Positions 1 through 9,421 of a DNA stretch of 64,000 nt are shown piece by piece (the stretch's first letter is position 1; each line of letters begins with the position of its first letter). A program made the position numbers and the translations under genes. Source of the stretch: a virus. The notes below the pieces were generated by a model. The model was not told the DNA's origin, did no database searches, and worked only from the letters and a program-made list of their open reading frames with translations. The stretch is taken from positions 6,309-70,308 of IMG/VR virus record IMGVR_UViG_3300008262_000149; one strand, 5' to 3'.

Positions 1-41
1 TTTTAGTTTAAACTTTCCTTCACGCATTACAACATTTGAAC

Positions 42-872
42 TCATGATTTAAGTTGCTCTATAAACAATTTTTCTACTTCCGGAAGATACGATTTTTTGA
101 TGAGATTGATGTATCTCTTCAGTTCGTTTTTTTCTTGCTCATAATCATAAGCACTTACCCTACTCCAAAAAGCATTTTCTGTCGTTGGGATATTAACTTT
201 GAGTGTGTTTATTTCTAATAGACCTTCACCAACAGAAACTTCAAACTCTTCTTCTACGTGCTGGACGATGACAGAATTTCTTGTAGTATCGATAGAAACA
301 ACTGTTGCCCGTGCTTCAGTAGATGACTGAGATATAATATCACCAGCATCAAAAGCAGCGACATTGGCCGATAAGACTAACTCTAAAATTTTATTAGTAC
401 TTACTGTCCAGTCTTCTTTCACTCTTTCATAGCCAGCAATTTGATTGTTAGCACCAAGGCGTGGTTTCCAATATTTTTTGATTGAAGCTTCAAGAGATTC
501 ATAAGTGGCTTCTGTGATTAAGCTTTCGTCTGCAGCCCAATCGTTTCTATAAAATAAAGTTTTTTCTCTAGCTGATGCCAGTGTTCCATACTTTCCAATA
601 ATGTATTTTTCAAAATCGTCTGCGCTCAAATAATAATCATGGTATGGATCTATAACGCTATTTGAAAGATAGATCATCCAGTCATATTGTGATGAGTCGT
701 AGTATGTGTAAGAAAGAAAATCAGGCCGAATCAAATCGTCTTGAATCACATAATCAAAATTTGAATAGATGTCTCTCTTCGCTTCGTCTGTAAAGTCAAC
801 ACGTGCTAAAATGTTTTTAGCAGGAGCACCATTATAATCTACAAGAGGAAATCTCGAAAAATATCTAGACAT
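42..872 (-). CDS. hypothetical virion/baseplate-associated protein
   Basis: 276-aa ORF; its start ATG overlaps the stop of the upstream gp48-like gene (TAATG), suggesting co-translation with the baseplate block; no recognisable motif. Confidence 0.3.
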   Translation of the reverse strand: MSRYFSRFPLVDYNGAPAKNILARVDFTDEAKRDIYSNFDYVIQDDLIRPDFLSYTYYDSSQYDWMIYLSNSVIDPYHDYYLSADDFEKYIIGKYGTLASAREKTLFYRNDWAADESLITEATYESLEASIKKYWKPRLGANNQIAGYERVKEDWTVSTNKILELVLSANVAAFDAGDIISQSSTEARATVVSIDTTRNSVIVQHVEEEFEVSVGEGLLEINTLKVNIPTTENAFWSRVSAYDYEQEKNELKRYINLIKKSYLPEVEKLFIEQLKS

Positions 873-2119
873 TATTGGTTAGCCTTATCTGCTGCTGCGC
901 TGGCTGTGTTTATTAATTTGGTTCCATAATCTACTGCTTCGCTAATTGCACCGGTCAATCCTGGAAACTTTTCACTTGCCGCGCCTTTTAACTCTTCATA
1001 GATTTTGGTTGCTTGGTCATTGCGTTCACCAACTTTTGTTCCATAATCATATGCAGTTTGAATTTCTGTTTCCATAAAGTCAATTGAAATTTGAATAAAC
1101 GTTGGCTGTTTAGTTCCTCTAAAGAATGCTGGCAACCCCTGTGGAGAATAGTTTACAGAAATATTTTGAATCAAGCATGGTTTGAATACAATAAGATCTT
1201 CTCCATTTTTCTTCCATGGATACAATTCAAGATCGACCAGAGGCGGATATTGAAGAGCAGCTGTGCCAAGATTGCTAAAAGCAGGAAGTGAATACTTTTT
1301 CAGTTCATAGATAATTTGCTGAAGTTGTCGACTCTCAAGAGCATTTCTTGGCGAAAATGTCCACTGAAAACTGTGTGTTCTCATTTGAACACCGGAGAAA
1401 ATTGCTTGCAAGTGAGGATTCGGAACTGCTCCGCCAAACTGACCAAGTAGATCTCCGTACTGGCCAGCCATTTGAACACCTTGTGCATACGCCAGCGCAG
1501 CGAGTTGATTCTTAGCTCTGTCTCCTCCACCTTCACCGCCTCTAAAGATATCAGTACCGATGTCAGCCAATCCGCCAGCTAAAACACCAGTCCCCTTTGG
1601 ATCAATATTATTTGCAAACTGTTCTTTTAGTTCTCGAGGAACCGGAAGAATAAAATTCTTAAGCGCTTTACGAACCGCAACGGTTTGTGGACTTGGTCTA
1701 GAGTATTCTGTAAACTTCATAAGCATATAATATTCGCCAACATCTGGCGGAAATTGAAGGAGACCTTCGTTTGCTTGAACTTTACTATTAATCGATCGTT
1801 GCGCATCAACCACAGTTTCAGCACCGCGGTTCAGGATATTATCCACGCAGTCTCTTGAAGAAACTCTATTCTGTTCTGCCGTAGATGTTCCAAAGAATCT
1901 ATCGGCCTGACCAACAGAGAACGCGTCTCCAAATCTTGCAGAAAGCTCGCCGGCGATATTATCAGAAAGACCAACTTTTTTAAGGCCTTTTGCAAATGCA
2001 TCTTCTACAGCATTTTCTAGTTTCTGCTCTACTTTATTCACAACACTATCAACTAGCCGGTTAGCAATACCACCTAGGTCTTTTTTGAAGTTGTTAATAT
2101 TGAGTTTGATAAGGGCCAT
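872..2119 (-). CDS. baseplate tail-tube junction protein, T4 gp48/gp54-like (gp19 tail-tube family)
   Basis: 415 aa; C-terminal part shows a gp19-family-like pattern (HSFQWTFSP...SLPAF...LP); expressed divergently from a TATAAATA late promoter. Confidence 0.4.
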   Translation of the reverse strand: MALIKLNINNFKKDLGGIANRLVDSVVNKVEQKLENAVEDAFAKGLKKVGLSDNIAGELSARFGDAFSVGQADRFFGTSTAEQNRVSSRDCVDNILNRGAETVVDAQRSINSKVQANEGLLQFPPDVGEYYMLMKFTEYSRPSPQTVAVRKALKNFILPVPRELKEQFANNIDPKGTGVLAGGLADIGTDIFRGGEGGGDRAKNQLAALAYAQGVQMAGQYGDLLGQFGGAVPNPHLQAIFSGVQMRTHSFQWTFSPRNALESRQLQQIIYELKKYSLPAFSNLGTAALQYPPLVDLELYPWKKNGEDLIVFKPCLIQNISVNYSPQGLPAFFRGTKQPTFIQISIDFMETEIQTAYDYGTKVGERNDQATKIYEELKGAASEKFPGLTGAISEAVDYGTKLINTASAAADKANQ

Positions 2120-2147
2120 CAGCTTCTCTTTTTAAAAGTTCTCTCTT

Positions 2148-2159
2148 TATTTATAAATA
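2148..2159. promoter_or_regulatory. bidirectional T4-type late promoter (TATTTATAAATA reads TATAAATA on both strands)
   Basis: The palindromic TATTTATAAATA lies between divergent genes 872..2119(-) and 2165..2605(+). The plus-strand TATAAATA ends only 5 nt before the gp4-like ATG. Confidence 0.4.
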
Positions 2160-2164
2160 GAATC

Positions 2165-2605
2165 ATGGCATACAAAGGCTTTTTCAAACCATTGAACCCT
2201 TCAAAGTATAGAGGCGATCCCACGAACATTGTTTACCGTTCGAGATGGGAACTCGTTTACATGTCTCGATTAGATAAAGATCCAAACATAGTCGAATGGG
2301 CAAGTGAGGAACACGTAATTCCTTATCGCTCTCCTATCGACAATCGAATACACAGATACTTTGTCGACTTTTATATTAAAAAGAAAATGCCAAACGGCAA
2401 GACGAAGTGTGCACTGATCGAAATCAAGCCAAAGCATCAGACTGTCCCACCGAAGGTAATAAATAAACCAAACAAGCGTTATATCAACGAAGTGATGACG
2501 TGGGGCGTAAACGAAGCCAAATGGAAAGCAGCCACAGAATTCTGTAAAGACCGTGGCTGGGATTTCGAGATACTAACAGAAGATCATTTAGGGCTGAAAT
2601 TCTAG
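2165..2605 (+). CDS. gp4: head completion protein, T4 gp4-like
   Basis: 146 aa; KYRGDPTNIVYRSRWE...WASEEHVIPYRSPID...KWKAATEFCKDRGW pattern typical of gp4-family head completion proteins in T4-like marine phages. Confidence 0.5.
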   Translation: MAYKGFFKPLNPSKYRGDPTNIVYRSRWELVYMSRLDKDPNIVEWASEEHVIPYRSPIDNRIHRYFVDFYIKKKMPNGKTKCALIEIKPKHQTVPPKVINKPNKRYINEVMTWGVNEAKWKAATEFCKDRGWDFEILTEDHLGLKF

Positions 2606-3204
2606 TGGCAACTATATTTGATACAATCATTACTCAAGGCGTTCGTTCCGGACAGATTCCGGCGCGTACACAGGGAGCACGCGATTGGTTTCGTGAAACG
2701 GCCGGTAAGATGAGAACTGTCAACGAACGTACAATGATGAAGGGCGATCAAAGCCGATTGACAAATCGCCCGATCGTTGGCTCGATGTACATGTTCAATT
2801 ATGATCCAAAGTGGAAAGAGGAACTACCGTACTATGACAGGTTTCCTCTGGTCTTTCCATTTCGTAAAGTTCCTGGTGGATTCTATGGAATCAACCTTCA
2901 CTATCTTCCACCACAGCTCAGAGCAAAGTTAATGGATGCTCTGTATGATTATGCCAACAACACTCGTTATGACGAGTCAACCAAGATCAAATTAAACTAT
3001 CAGCTTCTCACGAGCATTGCAAAGATGCGATTCTTTGCTCCTTGTGTAAAGCACTATCTAGATGAGCATGTACGTTCACGTTTCATGTATGTGTATCCTT
3101 CTGAGTGGGACATTGCTCTCTTCTTACCAACAGAACGTTTTGCCAAGAAGTCAAAGACTCAGGTATGGAACGATTCAAAGAGAATGCTAGGGATTAGAAA
3201 GTAA
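2605..3204 (+). CDS. gp2-like DNA end-protector protein (putative)
   Basis: GTG start overlapping the previous stop (TAGTG); motif FNYDPKWKEELPYYDRFPLVFP...GGFYGINLHYLPP is reminiscent of the T4 gp2 C-terminal region; adjacent to the gp4 homolog as in T4 (genes 2-4). Confidence 0.3.
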   Translation: MATIFDTIITQGVRSGQIPARTQGARDWFRETAGKMRTVNERTMMKGDQSRLTNRPIVGSMYMFNYDPKWKEELPYYDRFPLVFPFRKVPGGFYGINLHYLPPQLRAKLMDALYDYANNTRYDESTKIKLNYQLLTSIAKMRFFAPCVKHYLDEHVRSRFMYVYPSEWDIALFLPTERFAKKSKTQVWNDSKRMLGIRK

Positions 3205-4178
3205 TGTCTGAGGCACCACAGAACGAAGAAACAAAAGCTACAGCCGAGTTTAGAACTGATCCGTTTGTCCTAGAAGACGAGATCCTCGTTACTGGCGGAA
3301 GAAAAAGCTTCAACATCGCCAATTTTAGATCAGAACTGAATAAAAACGAAGTTTTGCCGTCACACAGTTATCTGGTGACATTTGCTCCGTTCAGACTGGG
3401 GTCTGAAGCAAATGCTCCACTATCAGAATTTGTAAGGTATAATTCTAATAAGTTAATTTTCCGTTGTGAATCTGTTATACTTCCGACCATACAAGTTTTA
3501 GAAGAAGAAAACATTAGACGATATGGATATGGCCCAGTAGAAAAAGTTCCGTATGGAATGCAGTTTAACGATTTGACTCTTACTTGGCTAGTCGATAAAA
3601 GATCCGAACTAATTGACTTCTTCCATCAGTGGATGAATACAATTGTATTGTATGAAACTTCCGGAATTAGCAGTTTAAAAAATGTAAGTGATCGCCCAGG
3701 ATTAAACAACTACCTTGGCTATGAAGTAGGATACAAGGACGAATATACTTGTCCTAACGTACGTATTAGAGTTTATGATCGTGAGTTAAATACGGTTACT
3801 GAGTATATTCTTTATGATGTGTTTCCAATGAATATTCAATCTCAAAATTTGGCTTGGACACAAGAAAACGAAGTACAAAAGCTTACTGTGACATTTGCAT
3901 TTACTAATATGACGACACTTACTCCGCGAGCACTAAACGGAAAACTAGAAACAGTCCTTGAAGCACAAGCTGCAGCCGACGCAGCTGCATCAGCTGCAGA
4001 AAAACAAAAGCAAAAGAAAAACAAAAAAGACTATAGTCGCCGTGTTGGATTGAATCCTCAAAATTCTATAGGAGCAACTTCACCAGACGCTATAAACAAC
4101 CGAGCACAAAAATCTACAGGCGCAAGCAATTTAACCGGAACAATAACTACTAAAAATCTTAGTGGAACTGAAATTTAA
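3204..4178 (+). CDS. baseplate tail-tube cap protein, T4 gp54/gp48-like (gp19 family)
   Basis: 324 aa; N-terminal SHSYLVTFAPF...LIFRCESVILPT resembles the gp19/gp54/gp48 tail-tube fold signature; TAATG stop/start coupling. Confidence 0.5.
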   Translation: MSEAPQNEETKATAEFRTDPFVLEDEILVTGGRKSFNIANFRSELNKNEVLPSHSYLVTFAPFRLGSEANAPLSEFVRYNSNKLIFRCESVILPTIQVLEEENIRRYGYGPVEKVPYGMQFNDLTLTWLVDKRSELIDFFHQWMNTIVLYETSGISSLKNVSDRPGLNNYLGYEVGYKDEYTCPNVRIRVYDRELNTVTEYILYDVFPMNIQSQNLAWTQENEVQKLTVTFAFTNMTTLTPRALNGKLETVLEAQAAADAAASAAEKQKQKKNKKDYSRRVGLNPQNSIGATSPDAINNRAQKSTGASNLTGTITTKNLSGTEI

Positions 4179-4197
4179 TTAATGGAGTATTTTTGAA

Positions 4198-4905
4198 ATG
4201 ACTTTGCCAAAAATTGATCAACCTCTTTTTGATGCTGTAATTCCTTCGACTCAGCAAAAAGTTATGTTTAGACCATTCCTAGTAAAGGAAGAGAAAATCT
4301 TGCTGGTTGCTCAGCAGAGTGGAAACGATTCTGAAATTATTAGGGCAATCAAGCAAATTCTTGGAAACTGTATTCAGAGTGAAGTGAATATCGATAATCT
4401 TGCTATCTTTGACTTAGAATATTTGTTCTTAAAGTTGAGATCGCGATCGGTGAATAACATCATCAAGCTATCTTATAAAGATACTGAAGACGAAAAGATT
4501 TATGATTTTGAATTAAATCTGGATGATGTAGAAGTAAGTATGCCAGATCAAGTAAATTCTAAGATTGAAATTAATGATGACGTAGGAATGATGATGCGGT
4601 ACCCTACTGCAGACATCACCGATAAAATGGGCAATATCACAAACGAGGTAGAGCTCATGACCTTCTTCATTGTCAATTGCATCGACGTGATCTACGACGC
4701 GGACAATGTATATCCAGCAACAGATTATTCAGAGAAAGAAATTTCTGAGTTCCTAGATAACTTGGACGTCTCGACGTTTGAAAAGATCAGAAAGTTCTTT
4801 GAAAGCATTCCAAGACTTCATCACACTATCAAGTATAAAAATTCCCTAGGGAATGATAGGGAGATTGAGTTAACAAATCTCAAGGATTTTTTTATGTGGG
4901 GCTGA
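4198..4905 (+). CDS. hypothetical baseplate/tail protein
   Basis: 235 aa; GGAG ribosome-binding site; sits in the coupled tail block. Confidence 0.3.
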   Translation: MTLPKIDQPLFDAVIPSTQQKVMFRPFLVKEEKILLVAQQSGNDSEIIRAIKQILGNCIQSEVNIDNLAIFDLEYLFLKLRSRSVNNIIKLSYKDTEDEKIYDFELNLDDVEVSMPDQVNSKIEINDDVGMMMRYPTADITDKMGNITNEVELMTFFIVNCIDVIYDADNVYPATDYSEKEISEFLDNLDVSTFEKIRKFFESIPRLHHTIKYKNSLGNDREIELTNLKDFFMWG

Positions 4906-5078
4906 GCCATACAAACCTAGCAAGATACTACTCGATGGTATTTTCTCTGGCTCAGCATCATAAATATTCTATTACAGAGATTGAAAATTTGATTCCTTAT
5001 GAAAGAGATCTTTATGTCGATATGCTCATGGAATTTTTAGATAAGCAGAGACAAGAAATAGAGAGTAGAAAGAAGTAA
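4896..5078 (+). CDS. small hypothetical protein in tail block
   Basis: 60 aa; overlaps neighbours at both ends. Confidence 0.25.
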   Translation: MGLSHTNLARYYSMVFSLAQHHKYSITEIENLIPYERDLYVDMLMEFLDKQRQEIESRKK

Positions 5079-6904
5079 TGGCAGGATTATTAGACGCCGT
5101 ACAAGGTGCTCTTACAGGCGGATCTAAAGCAGTAACTGGCCTGGCGTCGGGTGTTTCTGCTATGCTCTCTTCAAAAGATAAGATAAGCCAAGAAAACTCG
5201 AATGTAATTTATGCTAGTTTCGGATTGGCCGGTACCGCCGCCAAACAGCGGGTTTCCGGGTCTGGAACACTACCAGCGGCTCAGGCTAAAAGCACGTACA
5301 AAGCAAAAACGAATGATACTGAAAAGCTTCTGACCGATGTTGTGAAGTATTTAGTATCAATCAACGGTACTCTAAAGAAGCAAATTGACTTTGACAGAAG
5401 AGTATATGAAGAAAATGCTCTTGCTGCCAGAGAAGCAAAAGTTGAACAAAACAGTACGTTCGAAGAACTTGGAAAGCGATACGGTGCAGCAAACGATAAC
5501 CAAAAACCCGGTGGCGGCATCGTAGCCGGTATTCTAAGTGCGCTTGGCAGTCTTGGAAAATTAGGACTAGATGCATTACTCAAGGGGTTGGTCACAGCCT
5601 TTGAAGCGTTTTCTTCAGCCTGGAAATGGCTACGAGGAATTTCTTTCTTAAAGAATATAAAGAGTTTATTAGGACTTGCACGAGCACTTCCGATCGGACC
5701 AATTGCCGCTGCGCTGGCCGCGGCTGGTGCTATTGTGTGGGGTGTTGACAAGTTCATGAAAAATACTGCGATGGAACCGTTGCAGGCAAGAAAAGAATTG
5801 GAACAGATGTATGGCATGAAACCGGTTCTTGATGAATCTGGCAGATGGACTACAGGCTATACTCTTCCCGATGGCAAAACATATAAACCAAACGCGCTTC
5901 CTTCAAAATACCAAGATATTTTAAATGCGTATGGTCCTGGCGATAAAAGAAACGCCGCTGCTGTTGAAGCAACAAAAAGAATACAAGCAGATCCTGGGGC
6001 CTATGAACCATCTAAGATGGCTGAAGAGTTAAAGGGAGGACAACAAGTTGCTGCACCTACTCCATCAGGAACTCAATCAGCCTCTACAGCTGGCCAGTCG
6101 CCATACGATGTCGTATTGGGTTATGGCAAATTTGGAAAACCAGAAGACTACTTCAATGGTAGAAAGCTATCACAACTTACTGTTGCCGAGGCATTATGGT
6201 TCGGAAGAAACGTTTTAATTCCTAATTCTGGAAGTATGAATTCTAGTGCCATGGGCGCTTATCAAATTGTGTCAAAAACACTACAAGGTCTGGTTGATCA
6301 AGGCGTAGTTAAATTAACTGATACTTTTAATGCGGCAACACAAGATAAAGCTGCTAAGGCGATTTATGATCAAGCCAATAAAGCAGGTACTCTAAATAAG
6401 CAATGGGCTTACTATATTCCGTCATATGGAGGTACAGGACAAAGATCCGATCCTCGTTCTTTTGAAGAAGCAAGAATGGATATCCTGAAAAAGGAAGGAA
6501 CTCTTAAAGGAACTAATAGTGTTCCAATGAGTCCAGCTGCTTCATCTGATAGTCCATTACAACAAGCTGCTGATACTGCTGCAGATGCTGCCGATAAAAT
6601 GTTAACAAGCGTCGCCGAGTTTATTGGAACTCTTGGCGGGAAAATCTTAGGCCCAGGGAAAGTAAGAAATCTTACTACAACCGGACCAGATTTTGCAAAA
6701 CTCATTTCTGAAGAGTCTAGTAAAATTCAAAATCAAATTGCGATGGGTGAGAAAAAGACTAACACCGCAGCTGCCAATATACCGCCGGCTGCTCGTGCTT
6801 TAAAGTCTATTTCTCCAAACGGATCTATTTCTGTTGTTGATCCAAACTATCCTGGTACTGGCGGGATTGAAAAATATCTCGGGCACTATAGACTGGCATC
6901 ATAA
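5078..6904 (+). CDS. tail tape-measure / baseplate hub-like protein
   Basis: 608 aa; Gly/Ala-rich with a hydrophobic AAALAAAGAIVWG segment; a central region has a weak lytic-transglycosylase-like SSAMGAYQIV motif; its C-terminal module is duplicated in 7671..8447. Confidence 0.4.
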   Translation: MAGLLDAVQGALTGGSKAVTGLASGVSAMLSSKDKISQENSNVIYASFGLAGTAAKQRVSGSGTLPAAQAKSTYKAKTNDTEKLLTDVVKYLVSINGTLKKQIDFDRRVYEENALAAREAKVEQNSTFEELGKRYGAANDNQKPGGGIVAGILSALGSLGKLGLDALLKGLVTAFEAFSSAWKWLRGISFLKNIKSLLGLARALPIGPIAAALAAAGAIVWGVDKFMKNTAMEPLQARKELEQMYGMKPVLDESGRWTTGYTLPDGKTYKPNALPSKYQDILNAYGPGDKRNAAAVEATKRIQADPGAYEPSKMAEELKGGQQVAAPTPSGTQSASTAGQSPYDVVLGYGKFGKPEDYFNGRKLSQLTVAEALWFGRNVLIPNSGSMNSSAMGAYQIVSKTLQGLVDQGVVKLTDTFNAATQDKAAKAIYDQANKAGTLNKQWAYYIPSYGGTGQRSDPRSFEEARMDILKKEGTLKGTNSVPMSPAASSDSPLQQAADTAADAADKMLTSVAEFIGTLGGKILGPGKVRNLTTTGPDFAKLISEESSKIQNQIAMGEKKTNTAAANIPPAARALKSISPNGSISVVDPNYPGTGGIEKYLGHYRLAS

Positions 6905-7674
6905 TGGCATTAAAGGTTCTTATCACTGCCATCGACACAACCAACACGGCTAAATCTTTTGGCATCGTTGGTTCTGTTTTACTTAATGAAAGTGATATTA
7001 AAAGAGCTGCAAAACCAATTGCAGCCAACGACGATGCAGTTTCTTATCAAAAAACAGAATTAAACTCTAAAAAACTAGTTGCCGTTATAGATCAACTTTC
7101 TATAATGGACAACTTGTTTAAACAAAAGCTAACTAATCAAAAAATTGCATATCAAAATAATAAATTGAATGAGCAAGAAGATAGAATAGAGCGACAAAGC
7201 CGATTAGAAAAACTCAAAGACGCAGAAAAAGTTCACGGCTCAGAAGAAGGCGGACTTGGATTTCTGGCGCTTGCAGGTATTGGTTTGTTGGCATATGATC
7301 CTATTATGAACGCAATTAAAGGTGTTGTAGATTTTACTGTTGAAGCCGGGACGTTCATTTCAGACACTGTAAAAGAGATTACCTCGTTTTTTAATGGTTT
7401 TTTGCCAGACGAACCAGAAGAAGAATCAATAGAAACCACGGCGCTTCCAACAGCATTACCTGCCGGAACTCTCAGAGGTCAAGCGGAAGCCGGTGTTACG
7501 AACCCTCCACCACCTCCACCGGCTCCCGTTGATGCAAAACCGATTCCGCCGCCTGCTAAACCAGCCGGATCGCTGAGAGGCCAAGCTGAAGCGGATGATT
7601 ATGCGGGAAATCAGCACCAAGTGCCCAGTCTGGACAACAGGAATCAGCGGCAAAGTCGCCTTCAAGTAAAGTGA
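6904..7674 (+). CDS. hypothetical tail/baseplate protein with Pro-rich linker and duplicated GxLRGQAEA motif
   Basis: 256 aa; TAATG coupling upstream and GTGA coupling downstream. Confidence 0.35.
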   Translation: MALKVLITAIDTTNTAKSFGIVGSVLLNESDIKRAAKPIAANDDAVSYQKTELNSKKLVAVIDQLSIMDNLFKQKLTNQKIAYQNNKLNEQEDRIERQSRLEKLKDAEKVHGSEEGGLGFLALAGIGLLAYDPIMNAIKGVVDFTVEAGTFISDTVKEITSFFNGFLPDEPEEESIETTALPTALPAGTLRGQAEAGVTNPPPPPPAPVDAKPIPPPAKPAGSLRGQAEADDYAGNQHQVPSLDNRNQRQSRLQVK

Positions 7675-8447
7675 TTAAAGTTAGCCATCCTTCTACTGGA
7701 GAAGGATGGGGTATTGCTGGCGCCAACGATCAAAGAGGGCGTCCTGTAGTATTCACTAAAGAAGGCGCTGAAGCTTTTTATAAGATGATGATAGATTCGA
7801 ATGGCGTGGTAAAGCCGAGCGACGTTACGAGCAGTAAAAGAACGCGTGCGTATCAAGAAGAAATGAAAAAGCAGGGTTATAATCCTGCGACAAGATCACT
7901 TCATTTAAGTGGCCTTGCTATGGACATTCATGGTGAATCAAACGCTTGGATAAAAAAGCACGGTGCTAAGTATGGGTGGGTAGAAAACAAATATAAAGGC
8001 ACTCATGGTGGCCACTTTCAGTTCGGCGGAAAGGGTCTTTCTCCTGAACAAGGAGAAGTTACTGCTAGGCAATCGGTGGCTGAAAGAGTTGTGAATAAAG
8101 GCGGCGAGGTTGTCGATAAAACTCTTACAAACATGGCAGAATTTATTGGTACTATTGGCGGAAAGGTTGTCGGACCTGGGGTTGCTCGCGATCTTACAAC
8201 CGCCGCTCCTGATTTTGCAAAACTCATTTCAAATGAAGCGGCTGTACAAACTGCAGAAATTGCTAAAATAAAAAGCGATGCAAACAAACCTGCACCGCGT
8301 TTGACAGTATCTCCACCGAATATCAGCGCGGCTGGTTCGACTGCTGTACAAAATGCACCTACAATGATTGACAGAAATAGTGTGCAATACTATCTAAGCC
8401 GTTTTGGATATAAAGAAACAAACGCACCAATTAAAGTAGCTAGATAA
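7671..8447 (+). CDS. tail-associated peptidoglycan peptidase (peptidase M15 / VanY-like domain)
   Basis: GTG start; motif SLHLSGLAMDIHGE ... HGGHFQF matches the Zn-binding H-x6-D...H of M15 L-Ala-D-Glu peptidases. The C-terminal AEFIGTIGGKVVGPG...PDFAKLIS module is shared with 5078..6904. Confidence 0.55.
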   Translation: MIKVSHPSTGEGWGIAGANDQRGRPVVFTKEGAEAFYKMMIDSNGVVKPSDVTSSKRTRAYQEEMKKQGYNPATRSLHLSGLAMDIHGESNAWIKKHGAKYGWVENKYKGTHGGHFQFGGKGLSPEQGEVTARQSVAERVVNKGGEVVDKTLTNMAEFIGTIGGKVVGPGVARDLTTAAPDFAKLISNEAAVQTAEIAKIKSDANKPAPRLTVSPPNISAAGSTAVQNAPTMIDRNSVQYYLSRFGYKETNAPIKVAR

Positions 8448-8478
8448 AAAGAAAGGGGACCCGAGAGCCCCCTTTCCC
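8448..8478. terminator. bidirectional intrinsic terminator between convergent genes
   Basis: AAAGGGG-ACCCGAGAG-CCCCCTTT hairpin flanked by an A-run and a T-run. Confidence 0.45.
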
Positions 8479-8483
8479 ACCAA

Positions 8484-9386
8484 TCAATCTTCTTCAGCAA
8501 GCCGCTTGAAGAAAGCTAGATCCTCGTCATCATCATCGACGGCTGCCGAAGCAACTGGAGCAACTGGAGCAGCTGCCGCCTGGAAGGCTGGAGCCGGAGC
8601 CTTGTACTCTTCCTCGTCAAGTTCAACACCACGGACCTTTGCCGGAGCATTTAGGGCCAGAACAGTATTCAGACGTGCCTTGAGTTCATCATACGACTTA
8701 AAGTGCTTTGGATCCACGAGCTCCTGAAGGGAATGCTCCTGTTTCCAAACTGCTTCAAGCTTATCGTCATCATCGAACAGTGGTGCGGGAGAGTCGAATT
8801 CAGACTTATCGTAATTGGGGTAACCCTCAACCTTACGAATCTTAAGCTTGAAGTTTGCACCCGTCCAAAGATCGAAAGGATTTGTTGGCTTCTCGTCCTC
8901 GAACGCAGGGTTCATGAGGTCGTTCAGCTTATCGAAGATCTTCTTGCCATACTTGTACAAGAAAACCTTACCTTCGTTCTCAGGATTTGCAGGGTCCTTG
9001 ACAACATAGATGTTGCTGTAGTAAGCGAGACGACGCTTCTGCTTACGTGCAACTTCCTTGTCGGAGTCAAGTCCTGAATTCCAGAGTGAACTGTTGAGTT
9101 CGCCTACGGGATCGTCCTTACCAAGAGTCGTGAGCGACTTCTCGATGTACCATAGGCCAGTCGGACCCTGAAAACCATGGTCCCAAATCTTGACAAATGG
9201 AAGATCTTCACCTTCAGGTGCGGGGAGAAAGCGAATCACTGCATAGCCGTTGCCTGCCTTATCGGTGGCACACTTCCAGAGCTTGTCGTCTCCGGTACGG
9301 TCGTATGTGGTGTTCTGCTTGGCGAGTTCCTTGGTGAGCTTCTCAAAAGAAGAGGTCGAGGAACGCTTGAGATCAGCAAATGACAT
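8484..9386 (-). CDS. gp32: single-stranded DNA binding protein gp32
   Basis: AGNGYAVIRFLP matches the T4 gp32 core motif AGNGQAVIRFLP; acidic C-terminal tail; AAGGAG ribosome-binding site. Confidence 0.9.
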   Translation of the reverse strand: MSFADLKRSSTSSFEKLTKELAKQNTTYDRTGDDKLWKCATDKAGNGYAVIRFLPAPEGEDLPFVKIWDHGFQGPTGLWYIEKSLTTLGKDDPVGELNSSLWNSGLDSDKEVARKQKRRLAYYSNIYVVKDPANPENEGKVFLYKYGKKIFDKLNDLMNPAFEDEKPTNPFDLWTGANFKLKIRKVEGYPNYDKSEFDSPAPLFDDDDKLEAVWKQEHSLQELVDPKHFKSYDELKARLNTVLALNAPAKVRGVELDEEEYKAPAPAFQAAAAPVAPVASAAVDDDDEDLAFFKRLAEED

Positions 9387-9421
9387 AATAATTCTCCTTG
9401 TATGTCGTTGTGTACGGTGTA

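Noticed and set aside
1091-1291. Numerous short opposite-strand ORFs from the six-frame track (for example 1091..1291, 3842..4024, 5281..5817, 8506..8727, 23081..23605, 30104..30454, 46189..46530, 57618..57932, 63392..63961)
   Set aside because: They lie wholly inside well-supported genes on the other strand and lack ribosome-binding sites or motifs.
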